A stretch of 64,000 nt of DNA from Alphaproteobacteria bacterium. Its GTDB lineage: Bacteria > Pseudomonadota > Alphaproteobacteria > UBA6615. Below are positions 1 to 10,363 of the stretch, piece by piece; position 1 is the first letter of the stretch, and each line of letters opens with the position of its first letter. The stretch spans positions 5,640-69,639 of the forward strand of contig CBDHDN010000078.1 of assembly GCA_965261585.1 (NCBI GenBank), in the 5' to 3' direction. Both the position numbers and the translations under genes were made by a program. The notes beneath the pieces were generated by a model that saw only the letters and a program-made list of their open reading frames with translations, ran no database searches and had not been told where the DNA came from.

Positions 1-1
1 T

Positions 2-1555
2 GATCTGAGCCCCCGCGCCAAGGACATCTTCGAGGCGCGCGGCATCACGGTCGATGTCCGCACCGACTTGGACGTGGGCGCGCTGGCCGCGTGCATCGGT
101 CGATATGACGGGCTGGCCGTACGGTCGAAGACCAAGGTCACGGCCGACATGCTGGCCAAGGCGGCGCGGCTGCGGGTGGTCGGCCGCGCCGGCATCGGTG
201 TCGACAACGTAGATGTGGCGGTGGCGACGACGCGTGGCATCGTCGTCATGAACACACCGTTCGGCAACGCCATTACGACGGCGGAGCACGCCATGACGAT
301 GATGATGGCGTTGGCGCGGCAGATTCCGGCGGCGGACCGCTCGACACGGGCCGGCAAGTGGGAGAAGGCGCGCTTCATGGGGGTCGAGCTGACCGGCAAG
401 ACCCTGGGTATCATCGGCTGCGGCAATATCGGCTCGATCGTGACCGAGCGGGCGCACGGGCTGAAGATGAAGGTCGTCGCCTACGATCCCTTCCTGTCCG
501 ACGAGCGGGCCCGGCGGCTGGGCGTCGAGAAGCTCGACCTCGACGGGCTGCTGGCACGCGCCGACATCATCTCGCTGCACACGCCGCTGACCGAGCAGAC
601 GCGCGGCATCATCGATGCCGCGGCAATCGCCAAGACTAAGCCGGGCGTGCGCATCGTCAACTGCGCCCGCGGCGGCCTTGTTGTCGAGGCGGACCTGCTC
701 GCGGCCCTGGTGGCGGGGCATGTAGCGGGTGCGGCCCTCGATGTGTTCGAGACCGAGCCGGCGCGTGAAAGCCCGTTTTTCGCGCTCGACAACGTCATCT
801 GTACGCCGCACCTGGGTGCGTCGACGACCGAGGCACAAGTCAACGTCGCCATTCAGATCGCCGAGCAGATGAGCGACTTTCTGCTCGATGGCGCGGTCGT
901 CAACGCGATCAACATGCCGGCCGTGACGGCCGAAGAGGCACCGCAGCTGAAGCCCTATATGCGGCTCGCCGAGCTGCTCGGCAGCTTCGCCGGGCAGCTG
1001 ACGGAGACGGCGCTCAAGTCCGTCACCATCGAATACGAGGGCGCCGCGGCCGCACTCAACACGCGCCCGTTGAGTGCCGCGGCGCTGCACGGGTTGCTGG
1101 CGCCGTTGCTCGAGGCCGTCAACATGGTCAGCGCGCCGGCCGTTGCCAGCGAGCGCGGCATCGAGGTCTCTGAAATCAAGCACGTCCGGCCCGGCGACTA
1201 CCAGACGAAGATCCAGCTAACCGTGACGACGGAGAAGCAGACGCGCAGCGTTGCCGGCACTCTGTTCGGCGGCGACAAGCCGCGCGTCGTCTGTGTCAGG
1301 GGCGTGCCGCTGGAGGCCGAGTTGGGGCCGCATATGCTGTATGTCACGAACAACGACCGGCCGGGCCTGATCGGCCGACTGGGCACGGTGCTGGGCGACG
1401 CCGGCCTCAACATCGCGACGTTCAACCTTGGGCGGGCGGCGCCCGGCGGCGACGCGATCGCGTTGGTCGAGATCGACCAGGAGGTCCCGGCCGACGTGCT
1501 GGATGCGGTGACAAAGTTGCCGAATGTCGTGCAGGCGAAGACGCTTGCGTTCTAG
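2..1555 (+). CDS. serA: D-3-phosphoglycerate dehydrogenase, 5' end outside window
   Basis: The frame is open from base 2, and the track ORF 68-1555 lies in the same frame. Contains a Rossmann motif GIIGCGNIGS, a 2-hydroxyacid dehydrogenase core and a C-terminal ACT-like region, as in long-form SerA. Confidence 0.9.
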   Translation, partial: DLSPRAKDIFEARGITVDVRTDLDVGALAACIGRYDGLAVRSKTKVTADMLAKAARLRVVGRAGIGVDNVDVAVATTRGIVVMNTPFGNAITTAEHAMTMMMALARQIPAADRSTRAGKWEKARFMGVELTGKTLGIIGCGNIGSIVTERAHGLKMKVVAYDPFLSDERARRLGVEKLDLDGLLARADIISLHTPLTEQTRGIIDAAAIAKTKPGVRIVNCARGGLVVEADLLAALVAGHVAGAALDVFETEPARESPFFALDNVICTPHLGASTTEAQVNVAIQIAEQMSDFLLDGAVVNAINMPAVTAEEAPQLKPYMRLAELLGSFAGQLTETALKSVTIEYEGAAAALNTRPLSAAALHGLLAPLLEAVNMVSAPAVASERGIEVSEIKHVRPGDYQTKIQLTVTTEKQTRSVAGTLFGGDKPRVVCVRGVPLEAELGPHMLYVTNNDRPGLIGRLGTVLGDAGLNIATFNLGRAAPGGDAIALVEIDQEVPADVLDAVTKLPNVVQAKTLAF

Positions 1556-1635
1556 GGCCTTATCCACTTACGTGTCGGGCCCTGCCCGCGCGGGAGAGGC
1601 CCGACTGGGTTGACGATTCCGGCCGCGATGATGCC

Positions 1636-2799
1636 ATGACCGTCGAAGCCGAAAATCCGGCGTTGCTGCCCGCCGGCCTTGCCGACGTGCTGCCTCCCGA
1701 GGCGGAGCACGAGGGGCAGCTGATCGCTGGCCTGGTCAGCAGCTTCACGGCGCACGGTTATGAGCGGGTCAAGCCGCCGCTGGTCGAATTCGAAGCATCC
1801 CTGCTGGGGCGTGGGTCGGTTGGCTCGTCGCTCGACGAGCAGGTGTTTCGTGTGATGGATCCGATCAGCCAGCGCATGCTCGGCGTGCGCGCGGACATGA
1901 CGCCGCAGGTCGCGCGGATCGCGACGAGCCGGCTGGCCAAGGCGCCGCGACCGCTGCGGCTGTGCTACGCCGGGCAGGTGCTGCGGGTGCGCGGCAGCCA
2001 GCTGCGGCCCGAGCGCCAGTTCACCCAGGCCGGGGTTGAGCTGATCGGTGCCAGCGCCGTCGCCGCTGACGTCGAGGTCGTGCTGCTGGCGGCCGAGGCG
2101 CTTACGGCGGCCGGTGTCGCGATGCTGTCAGTCGACCTCAACTCGCCGGCGCTGGTCGCCGGGCTGGTGGCCGGCCTCGACATCGCGTCCGAGGCGGTCG
2201 GCCCGTTGCGCGCGGCCCTGGATCACAAGGATGCGGCGGCGGTTGGCGCGCTGGCCGGCGCCGGCGCCGACCTTCTCGGGGCGCTGCTGGCGGCCGTCGG
2301 GCCGGCCGAGGCGGCGCTCGCGGCCTTGACGGCGCTCGACCTGCCGGCCGCGGCAGCGGCCGAGGTGGCCCGCCTGGGCGAAGTGGTCGCCGGTGTGAGC
2401 GCCGCCGTGCCCGACCTGCCGCTCACGGTCGACCCGGTGGAATATCGTGGCTTCGAGTACCAAACGGGCGTCAGCTTCACGCTCTATGCCAAGGGAGCGC
2501 GCGGCGAGTTGGGCCGCGGCGGCCGCTTTGTCACCGCCGCGGGAGAACCGTCGACCGGGTGTACGCTGTTCTTGGATTCGTTGATGCGAGCGCTGCCGTC
2601 GCGCCCGGCGCGGCCGCGCCTCTTCTTGCCGCACGGCGTCACGCCGGCCGAGGCCAGACGTCTGCGCGACGACGGCTGGGTCACCGTTGCCGGCCTGGAC
2701 ACGGTCGCCGCCGATGAGGCGGAGGCGCGGCGGCTGGGTTGTGACCACGTGCTTGTCGATGGCGCGGTGGTCGCGCTGGCAGCCGGCGCCGGGCAATAG
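1636..2799 (+). CDS. hisZ: ATP phosphoribosyltransferase regulatory subunit (HisS paralog)
   Basis: 387-aa ORF with a HisS-like class II core (HGYERVKPPLVEFE, RLCYAGQVLR). It sits immediately upstream of purA, the usual alphaproteobacterial synteny. Confidence 0.8.
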   Translation: MTVEAENPALLPAGLADVLPPEAEHEGQLIAGLVSSFTAHGYERVKPPLVEFEASLLGRGSVGSSLDEQVFRVMDPISQRMLGVRADMTPQVARIATSRLAKAPRPLRLCYAGQVLRVRGSQLRPERQFTQAGVELIGASAVAADVEVVLLAAEALTAAGVAMLSVDLNSPALVAGLVAGLDIASEAVGPLRAALDHKDAAAVGALAGAGADLLGALLAAVGPAEAALAALTALDLPAAAAAEVARLGEVVAGVSAAVPDLPLTVDPVEYRGFEYQTGVSFTLYAKGARGELGRGGRFVTAAGEPSTGCTLFLDSLMRALPSRPARPRLFLPHGVTPAEARRLRDDGWVTVAGLDTVAADEAEARRLGCDHVLVDGAVVALAAGAGQ

Positions 2800-2811
2800 C
2801 GGGGACGCAGC

Positions 2812-4104
<1,293 letters not shown>

Positions 4105-4253
4105 GGCCCGGTTCCGCGAGGCCCCCCGCCGGCTTTGCGCGACGCGGCAACCTTTTGGCAACCATCCTGACGGGTTCTCATTAACGTGACGTTGGGGCCA
4201 GCCCGATATCGTGTCTCACAAGGCCAGGAAGGTCTTGGCGAGGTCTTTGCGCG

Positions 4254-6302
4254 ATGGCGTTGGGCGAGAATGTGGACGGTGCCGGCGAAGACGGCTCGGA
4301 TGCCGCGGCAAGCGCCGGTGGGACCGTCGCGTCGGGTCGCGTAATCCTGGGCGATCGCTTCGAGATCGACCCGAAGCGTCCTATTCCCCAGCTCGACTCT
4401 CCCGGTGCGGAGGCCTTCGCGGCGATCGACTTGAACGGCGACAGTCGCCTGTTGTACGCCCTTCTGCTCGACGGCCGCATCCCCGTGCGCAGCCGGGTGA
4501 TGACGACACTGCAAGAGGCCTCGCTGGACACGGTCGTGCGGCCAGTCCAATGGGGTAGCGTCGGCTGGCCCGGTGCCGGCGAGCGCCGGCTTGCGATCCT
4601 GTGTACGCACCCCGGCGGCGCGCGGCTTGTCGCCAGCAAAGAGGAAACGTTCGAGCCTGTTCCGGCGAGCCGTCTCATTGCCAACTATGCAAAGCCCCTG
4701 ACCGCCAGTCTGAAGGAAATGTCGGATTGTCGGGTGGCCCATCGCGCCGTGCGCCTGACCAACCTGTTCCGCCGCAGCGCCGACGGGGTCCTCGTGTTTG
4801 GCGAGTGTTTCAGCAGCCCGCCGGGTTGCCATCAGCCCGTCGTCTATGAGCCCATCGAGCGCGCCCTGGCGCACCCACAGGCCCGCGGCGACGGCTCGGT
4901 CATTGACGACCTCTATGCCCTCGGCGTGACGCTTCTAGGGTTGTCTGCCGGGCGGACTCCGTTGATCGAGTACGGCGATCAACAGATCATCGAGGCCAGG
5001 CTGGCCAAGGGGAGTTTTGCCGTCCTGACCAGCGGCATCTGGATGCCGCAGGAGCTGGCCGAGGCGCTTCGCGGCCTGTTGCGCGATGATCCAGCCGAAC
5101 GATGGGACTTGGACCAGGTCGAGGCCTGGCTGAGCGGCCGCCGCCGCCACATGGTGGTTCCCAACAACGAGTTTCGGGCCGAGCTGCCGTTTCGGTTCGG
5201 CGGGGTGATGCACTATAACCCGCGCGGGCTGGCGGTGGCGCTGAACGACAATTGGACGACGGCGGTCGACATCGCCCGGTCCGGCAAGCTGCTGGAGTGG
5301 GCCCGACGCAGCCTCAAGGACCAGCAATGCGCGGAAGCCCTGGCTGAGGTCACCCAAAGCAAGGGCGGGCCGCGGCTCATCAACGACGACCTGCTGGTGG
5401 CGCGCACGCTGATCGCGCTCGATCCGGCGGCGCCGATTCGATACGACGGCTTCAGCGTCATGCCCGACGGCTTCGGCCCGGCGTTCGCGTTTGCGATCGA
5501 GGGCCAGACCGCGGCGCGTGCCCTGATCGGTATCTTCCAGGGCATGCTGCCCGGCTACTGGATGCGGCTGCAGGCAAACCGCGACACGGCGATCGCTACC
5601 GCCCAAGACTACGCCGCGAATATCGGCCGCTATCTGGGCCAGACCGCGCCGGGGGTTCACCTGGAGCGCTGTCTGTATGAGCTCAACCCGATCTACCCAT
5701 GCCGCAGCGGCCTCGTGGCCGACGCGGTCGTCGCCGACCTGTTGAGCCTGCTGGAGGCGCTCGACGCCGGTGCCGGTGGCAAGTCCGCCCAGGGGGATCG
5801 CCATGTGCTGGCCTTCCTGGCCGCTCGCTTACCGGGCGGTGTCGACATGTCGCTTACGAAGATGGCCAGCGGCAGTCCTGCCGAACAGATGCTGGGCTTC
5901 TTACGGTTGCTCGCCGAAGCGCAGGAGAAGGCGGGCGCGGCGAAGCTGCCGAAACTGTGCAAGGCCTTCGCGGCAAACCTCAAGCCTGTCGTGCTGTCGT
6001 ACCGCAATCGCCAGCTCAGGGTGCGCATGCAGCAGGCAATCGAGCGAGCCGCCGGTGACGGTTCGCTCCGTGGTCTGCTGGCCATCGTCAACAGGACCAG
6101 CGAGCGTGAGACCGACGCGGCCGGCTACCGCGCCGCGCGTGTTCGCTACGGTAGACTCCGATTCGCGCTCCAGCTGCTGCGGCAAGCGGAGAGCCGGCGC
6201 GACGCGGACGCGCTGAAACTCGGACACAAGCTCGCCGCCTATGTGTCGGGCGTCATATGTGCCGTCGCGACGACGGTCATCATCATGCAGGCACTGGGGT
6301 AG
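4254..6302 (+). CDS. membrane-anchored protein with degenerate Ser/Thr-kinase-like N-terminal domain
   Basis: 682-aa ORF with strong GC3 bias. The kinase-like blocks are degenerate (HRAVRLTNLF in place of HRDLKPxN; DLYALGVTLL). A single C-terminal TM helix is present (VSGVICAVATTVIIMQAL). No Gly-rich ATP loop is seen. Confidence 0.55.
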   Translation: MALGENVDGAGEDGSDAAASAGGTVASGRVILGDRFEIDPKRPIPQLDSPGAEAFAAIDLNGDSRLLYALLLDGRIPVRSRVMTTLQEASLDTVVRPVQWGSVGWPGAGERRLAILCTHPGGARLVASKEETFEPVPASRLIANYAKPLTASLKEMSDCRVAHRAVRLTNLFRRSADGVLVFGECFSSPPGCHQPVVYEPIERALAHPQARGDGSVIDDLYALGVTLLGLSAGRTPLIEYGDQQIIEARLAKGSFAVLTSGIWMPQELAEALRGLLRDDPAERWDLDQVEAWLSGRRRHMVVPNNEFRAELPFRFGGVMHYNPRGLAVALNDNWTTAVDIARSGKLLEWARRSLKDQQCAEALAEVTQSKGGPRLINDDLLVARTLIALDPAAPIRYDGFSVMPDGFGPAFAFAIEGQTAARALIGIFQGMLPGYWMRLQANRDTAIATAQDYAANIGRYLGQTAPGVHLERCLYELNPIYPCRSGLVADAVVADLLSLLEALDAGAGGKSAQGDRHVLAFLAARLPGGVDMSLTKMASGSPAEQMLGFLRLLAEAQEKAGAAKLPKLCKAFAANLKPVVLSYRNRQLRVRMQQAIERAAGDGSLRGLLAIVNRTSERETDAAGYRAARVRYGRLRFALQLLRQAESRRDADALKLGHKLAAYVSGVICAVATTVIIMQALG

Positions 6303-6308
6303 GGCGCC

Positions 6309-6434
6309 GTGGCGCGGGCGCAGACCAAGGCCAAGCGGGCCCGCGCGCCCGCACGCGACGCCGCGACGCGCCTAGTCATCGTGCTGAGCGTTGCCGTGGT
6401 GCTGGCGATTGCAACGCCGGCGTCGGTCATCCTA
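6309..6434 (+). pseudogene. 5' piece of a small membrane-protein gene split by IS630 copy A
   Basis: A GTG-started, GC3-rich frame (VARAQTKAKRA...LVIVLSVAVVLAIATPASVIL) runs into the IS inverted repeat. Removing the IS plus one TA joins it in frame to ORF 7588-8067. Confidence 0.5.
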
Positions 6435-6444
6435 GTGCACTGAC

Positions 6445-7491
6445 TCAGACAGAAGGTACAGGCAGGCGGTGAAGTTTGGCGAGGATGGTGTCTGCGGATT
6501 TGGTCCAGACGAAGGGCTTGGGATCATTGTTGTGCTCGTCAATGTAACGGTTGATGGCGGCCTGGAGGTCGACTATCGAGTGGAAGGTGCCGCGCTTGAG
6601 CCGCCGGCGCGTGAGGACAGAGAAGAAGCCCTCGACGGCGTTGAGCCAGGAGGCGGAGGTTGGGGTGAAGTGGAACACCCATCGGGGATGACGCGCCAGC
6701 CAGGCGCGGACCTTGGGATGCTTGTGGGCGGCGTAGTTGTCGAGGATGACGTGGATGACCTTGCCGGCCGGCACTTGGCGCTCGATCGCGCCGAGGAAGC
6801 GGATGAACTCCTGATGGCGATGTCGCTGCATGTTGCGGCCGATGACGGCGCCGTCGAGGACGCTGAGCGCGGCGAACAAGGTGGTCGTGCCGTTTCGCTT
6901 GTAGTCGTGGGTCATGGTGCCGCACTTGCCGGGTTTCATCGGCAGCCCTGGCTGGGTCCGGTCGAGGGCCTGGATCTGGCTTTTCTCATCGATCGACAGC
7001 ACCACGGCATGGCTGGGCGGATCCATGTAGCGGCCGACGATGTCCTCGACCTTCTCGGCGAAGGCGGGGTCGTTGGAGCGCTTGAAGGTGCGGATGCGGT
7101 GCGGCTGCAAACGGTGGCCTTGCCAGATGCGCTGAACCGAGCGCAGGGAGATGCCGACGACCTCGGCCACCGCGCGGCCGGTCCAGTGGGTCGTCTCGCC
7201 CGGCGGCTCGGAGCAAGCCAGCGCCAACACTTGGGCCACGGTTGCCGTCGGCAGCGGCGGCGTGCCCGGCGGCCGGGTCTTGTCGCGCAACAGACCCTCG
7301 ATGCCTTCCTCGGCGTAGCGCCGCTGCCAGCGCCAGACCGCCGGGCGGCTGACGCCGACGCGGCGCGCCACATCGAGAACCGGAAGTCGCTCCGCCGAAT
7401 GCAACACGACCCGGGCCCGCTGAACGTGCTTCAACGGCCGGCTACGATCACCGACGACGGCGGTCAGTCGCACGCGGTCGCACGCGGTCAT
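6445..7491 (-). CDS. IS630-family DDE transposase, N-terminus altered by a 10-bp duplication
   Basis: 348 aa with an HTH followed by a DDE domain (SIDEKSQIQALDR, ILDNYAAHK, TPTSASWLNAVE). The ancestral ATG at 7525 now terminates after about 25 codons, and a formerly out-of-frame ATG at 7491 is now in frame. Confidence 0.8.
   Translation of the reverse strand: MTACDRVRLTAVVGDRSRPLKHVQRARVVLHSAERLPVLDVARRVGVSRPAVWRWQRRYAEEGIEGLLRDKTRPPGTPPLPTATVAQVLALACSEPPGETTHWTGRAVAEVVGISLRSVQRIWQGHRLQPHRIRTFKRSNDPAFAEKVEDIVGRYMDPPSHAVVLSIDEKSQIQALDRTQPGLPMKPGKCGTMTHDYKRNGTTTLFAALSVLDGAVIGRNMQRHRHQEFIRFLGAIERQVPAGKVIHVILDNYAAHKHPKVRAWLARHPRWVFHFTPTSASWLNAVEGFFSVLTRRRLKRGTFHSIVDLQAAINRYIDEHNNDPKPFVWTKSADTILAKLHRLPVPSV
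7467..7486. repeat. perfect 10-bp tandem duplication (GTCGCACGCG x2) inside IS630 copy A
   Basis: Direct comparison with copy B at 45460-45480, which carries a single unit. Confidence 0.9.
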
Positions 7492-7587
7492 CGGCTCCTA
7501 CAATCACACAGACTTCCTGAGCCATGATCGCAGAATCGCACGATCACATGCCTTTGTGAATCATATGTCTGCGTCAGTCCACTAGCG

Positions 7588-8067
7588 ATGGGGCCTCTGC
7601 CGACACTCGTTGCCTACCTCACCGACCGCGACCCGGAGGGTTACGCGGCGTTCACGGTCGGCGGGTTCAGTTTTGCGGCGCTGGTGCCGTTCCTGCTGAT
7701 CTTCTGGGAGGGGCCGCACACGTTGAACGCGGCGCTGGCGATCACCATCGACGTGACGACGCTGGTCGTCGTCTATGTCGCCGCCGCGATCGGCTGGGTA
7801 CTGTATTTCTGGATGCCGGCGGTTGCCGCCGTCTATCTGAAGATGTCCGCCGAATCGCGGACACAGAACATGCAGCGCGAGCAGGAGCAGCTGATCAAGG
7901 AGTGGGGTCAGGGCCTAAAGGAAGAGGACGCCGAGCCGCAGCCGCCGGGCGCCAAGCCAAAGGCGCGGCCGGCCGGTCGGACCCCAGCCCGGCAGTCCGC
8001 CCGGGCGGTGCGGCAGCGGAGCGCCGTCAAGCAGCGCCCAGGCGCTGGTCGATCGCCAGGTTCTTGA
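7588..8067 (+). CDS. membrane protein, probable 3' part of the gene split by IS630 copy A
   Basis: 159 aa with three predicted TM segments and a Lys/Arg/Pro-rich tail. The 3' end overlaps convergent rpoH by about 40 nt. Confidence 0.5.
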   Translation: MGPLPTLVAYLTDRDPEGYAAFTVGGFSFAALVPFLLIFWEGPHTLNAALAITIDVTTLVVVYVAAAIGWVLYFWMPAVAAVYLKMSAESRTQNMQREQEQLIKEWGQGLKEEDAEPQPPGAKPKARPAGRTPARQSARAVRQRSAVKQRPGAGRSPGS

Positions 8068-8920
8068 TCGCCTTCTGTAACTTTTCGAAGGCGCGGACCT
8101 CGATCTGACGCACGCGCTCGCGACTGATGTCGTACTGCTGACTCAGCTCCTCCAACGTTGACGGGCTCTCCTTGAGCCGACGCTCGTTGAGGATGTGGCG
8201 CTCGCGGTCGTTGAGCGTCCGCATGGCGCGTTGCAGCAGCCGCCGGCGTTTGATCAGCTCGTCGTGCTCGGCCAGGCGGGTCTCCTGGGACTCGCTCTCA
8301 TCGACCAGCCAGTCCATCCATTCGCCGTCGCCGTCGATCCGCAGCGGCGCATTCAGCGAGTGATCCGGTGCCGCCAGCCGGCGGTTCATATCGACCACGT
8401 CGCCCTCGGAAACGTTCAGCTCGGTGGCAATCCGCTCCACGTTCTCGGGGCTCATGTCGCCCTCTTCGATCGCCTGCAACTTGCCCTTGAGGCGGCGCAG
8501 GTTGAAGAACAGCTTCTTCTGGGCCGCCGTGGTGCCCATCTTGACGAGGCTCCAGGAGTGCAGGATGTATTCCTGAATCGCGGCGCGGATCCACCACATG
8601 GCATAGGTCGCCAGCCTGAATCCACGGTCCGGGTCGAATTTCTTGACGGCCTGCATCAGCCCGACGTGGCCTTCCGAGATCAGTTCGGCCAGCGGCAGGC
8701 CATAGCCGCGATAGCCCATGGCGATCTTGGCGACCAGACGCAGGTGGCTGGTCACCAGCTTGTGCGCGGCGTCGACGTCGTCATGCTCGGCCCAGCGCTT
8801 GGCGAGCATGAACTCCTCGTTCGGCTCGAGCATCGGGAAGCGGCGAATTTCCTGCAGATAGCGCGCCAGATTCCCCTCCGGCGTGAGCTGGGGAAGACTC
8901 CGTGTCGTCGTAGTCGCCAT
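8027..8920 (-). CDS. rpoH: RNA polymerase sigma-32 heat-shock factor
   Basis: Sigma-70 regions 2-4 are present together with the RpoH-box-like QKKLFFNLRRLK. The start is set at MATTTTRSLP (8920) rather than the ORF-track start at 8989. Confidence 0.9.
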   Translation of the reverse strand: MATTTTRSLPQLTPEGNLARYLQEIRRFPMLEPNEEFMLAKRWAEHDDVDAAHKLVTSHLRLVAKIAMGYRGYGLPLAELISEGHVGLMQAVKKFDPDRGFRLATYAMWWIRAAIQEYILHSWSLVKMGTTAAQKKLFFNLRRLKGKLQAIEEGDMSPENVERIATELNVSEGDVVDMNRRLAAPDHSLNAPLRIDGDGEWMDWLVDESESQETRLAEHDELIKRRRLLQRAMRTLNDRERHILNERRLKESPSTLEELSQQYDISRERVRQIEVRAFEKLQKAIKNLAIDQRLGAA

Positions 8921-9036
8921 CTGGTTCGTCTCCTTGGACGCGGTTGTCAGCGTAGCATCCGCCTGGAACACCGGCCAGACACAGCCCAATGATCGGCGCG
9001 TGATGTCTGCTGACGCCTCAATATATGGTGCACTGG

Positions 9037-10038
9037 TTAGAATAATTCAAATGTATCGATCAACTCGCTGATATCCTTGGGTAGCGGGCTTTCGAACGCA
9101 AGTCGCCGGCGATCGCGAGGGTGATCGAACGCGAGCCGCCGCGCGTGCAGCGCCTGATGCCCGAACTCGCTGACCGCGACCTTGGCCGGCGTCTGTGGCC
9201 CCGGCAACTGCCGCTTGCCGCCATAAACGCGGTCGCCGATCAGCGGATGGCCTCGTGCCGCCATATGGACACGGATCTGGTGCGTGCGTCCGGTCGCCAG
9301 ATGACAGTCGACAATGCTCGCCAGCGGCCCCCGCTGAGCCCGCCCGGACATCTGGGCGGGCCCCAAGGTGCGTACTACGGTGTAATAGGTTAACGCTTCC
9401 TTACCGCCACGGTGGACGATGGCCATGCGCTTGCGGTGATGGGGATCGCGGCCGATATTGCCGACGATCTCGCCATCCGCGGGCGCCGGTACGCCCCAGA
9501 CGACCGCACGGTAGGCGCGGCCGACGCTGTGCGCGGCGAACTGTTCGGCCAGCGCGGCATGGGCCTCGGCGGTCTTCGCGGCGACGAGCAAGCCACTGGT
9601 CTCCTTGTCCAGGCGATGAACGATACCCGGCCGGCGGACCCCGCCGATCCCGGTCAGAGCCGGCCCGCAGTGGGCGATCAGGGCGTTGACCAGGGTCCGG
9701 TCCGGATTGCCGGGTGCCGGATGCACCACCAAGCCGGCCGGCTTGTCGATCACGATCACGTCGTCGTCCTCATGGACGATGGCGAGGTCCATGGCCTGGC
9801 CGGCAGGCTCGGCGGGCGCAGGTTGGGGTGTAAAAACGGCGAAAGTTTGGCCGGGTTTGACCCGGTATGAGGCCTCCAGTATCGTCCGCCCGGCGAGGCT
9901 CACGCGGCCCTCGGCAATCAGCGCCTGCAGCCGGGCACGCGACAGGCCGGTGAGCGCCGTCGCCAACATCTTGTCGAGGCGCAGGCCGGCGTCGGCCGTG
10001 GTGGCGGTGGCGGTGCGGCGACGGTCCGATGGTGCCAT
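9037..10038 (-). CDS. rluD: 23S rRNA pseudouridine synthase, RluA family (RluD-like)
   Basis: An S4-like N-terminus (GLRLDKML...GRVSLAGR) is followed by the catalytic HRLDKETSGLLV motif. The start is set at MAPSDRR (10038); the longer track ORF is an upstream read-through. Confidence 0.85.
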   Translation of the reverse strand: MAPSDRRRTATATTADAGLRLDKMLATALTGLSRARLQALIAEGRVSLAGRTILEASYRVKPGQTFAVFTPQPAPAEPAGQAMDLAIVHEDDDVIVIDKPAGLVVHPAPGNPDRTLVNALIAHCGPALTGIGGVRRPGIVHRLDKETSGLLVAAKTAEAHAALAEQFAAHSVGRAYRAVVWGVPAPADGEIVGNIGRDPHHRKRMAIVHRGGKEALTYYTVVRTLGPAQMSGRAQRGPLASIVDCHLATGRTHQIRVHMAARGHPLIGDRVYGGKRQLPGPQTPAKVAVSEFGHQALHARRLAFDHPRDRRRLAFESPLPKDISELIDTFELF

Positions 10039-10084
10039 CTGCGGGTCCCCAAGCGACGAACGCGAGCAACAGTGAACCCGGACA

Positions 10085-10363
10085 ATGGCGGCACTCAAGG
10101 CTCTCGTCATCATCATGGCCGTTCTGATCGGGCTCGGGCTGTTGCTCGTCTTCCTGCGTATCGGCGGGGTGATCGGCGGGCCGGGCGACGATGACGCGCT
10201 CGGCCAGGTCTCGCTGGGCCTGCCGGCAGGGTGCCGCATCGCCGATATCGCCGTCGCCGATGCGCGGCTGATCGTGCGCACGGAAGGGGCGGCGGCGCCG
10301 TGCGGCGCGGTGTTCGTCATCGATCTGGCAAGCGGGGCCGTTCTCGGCACGGTTTCGCCGTGA
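10085..10363 (+). CDS. small membrane protein (hypothetical)
   Basis: 92 aa with an N-terminal TM helix (ALVIIMAVLIGLGLLLVFL). It is divergent from rluD, and its stop overlaps the next gene's GTG (GTGA). Confidence 0.5.
   Translation: MAALKALVIIMAVLIGLGLLLVFLRIGGVIGGPGDDDALGQVSLGLPAGCRIADIAVADARLIVRTEGAAAPCGAVFVIDLASGAVLGTVSP

Larger units (their letters stand above)
6435..7582 (-). mobile_element. IS630-family insertion sequence, copy A (1148 bp, flanked by TA/TA)
   Basis: Terminal inverted repeats are GTGCACTGACTCAGAC... and ...GTCTGCGTCAGTCCAC. TA dinucleotides lie at 6433-6434 and 7583-7584. It is near-identical to copy B (44432-45569) apart from a few substitutions and a 10-bp tandem duplication. 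Confidence 0.9.
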
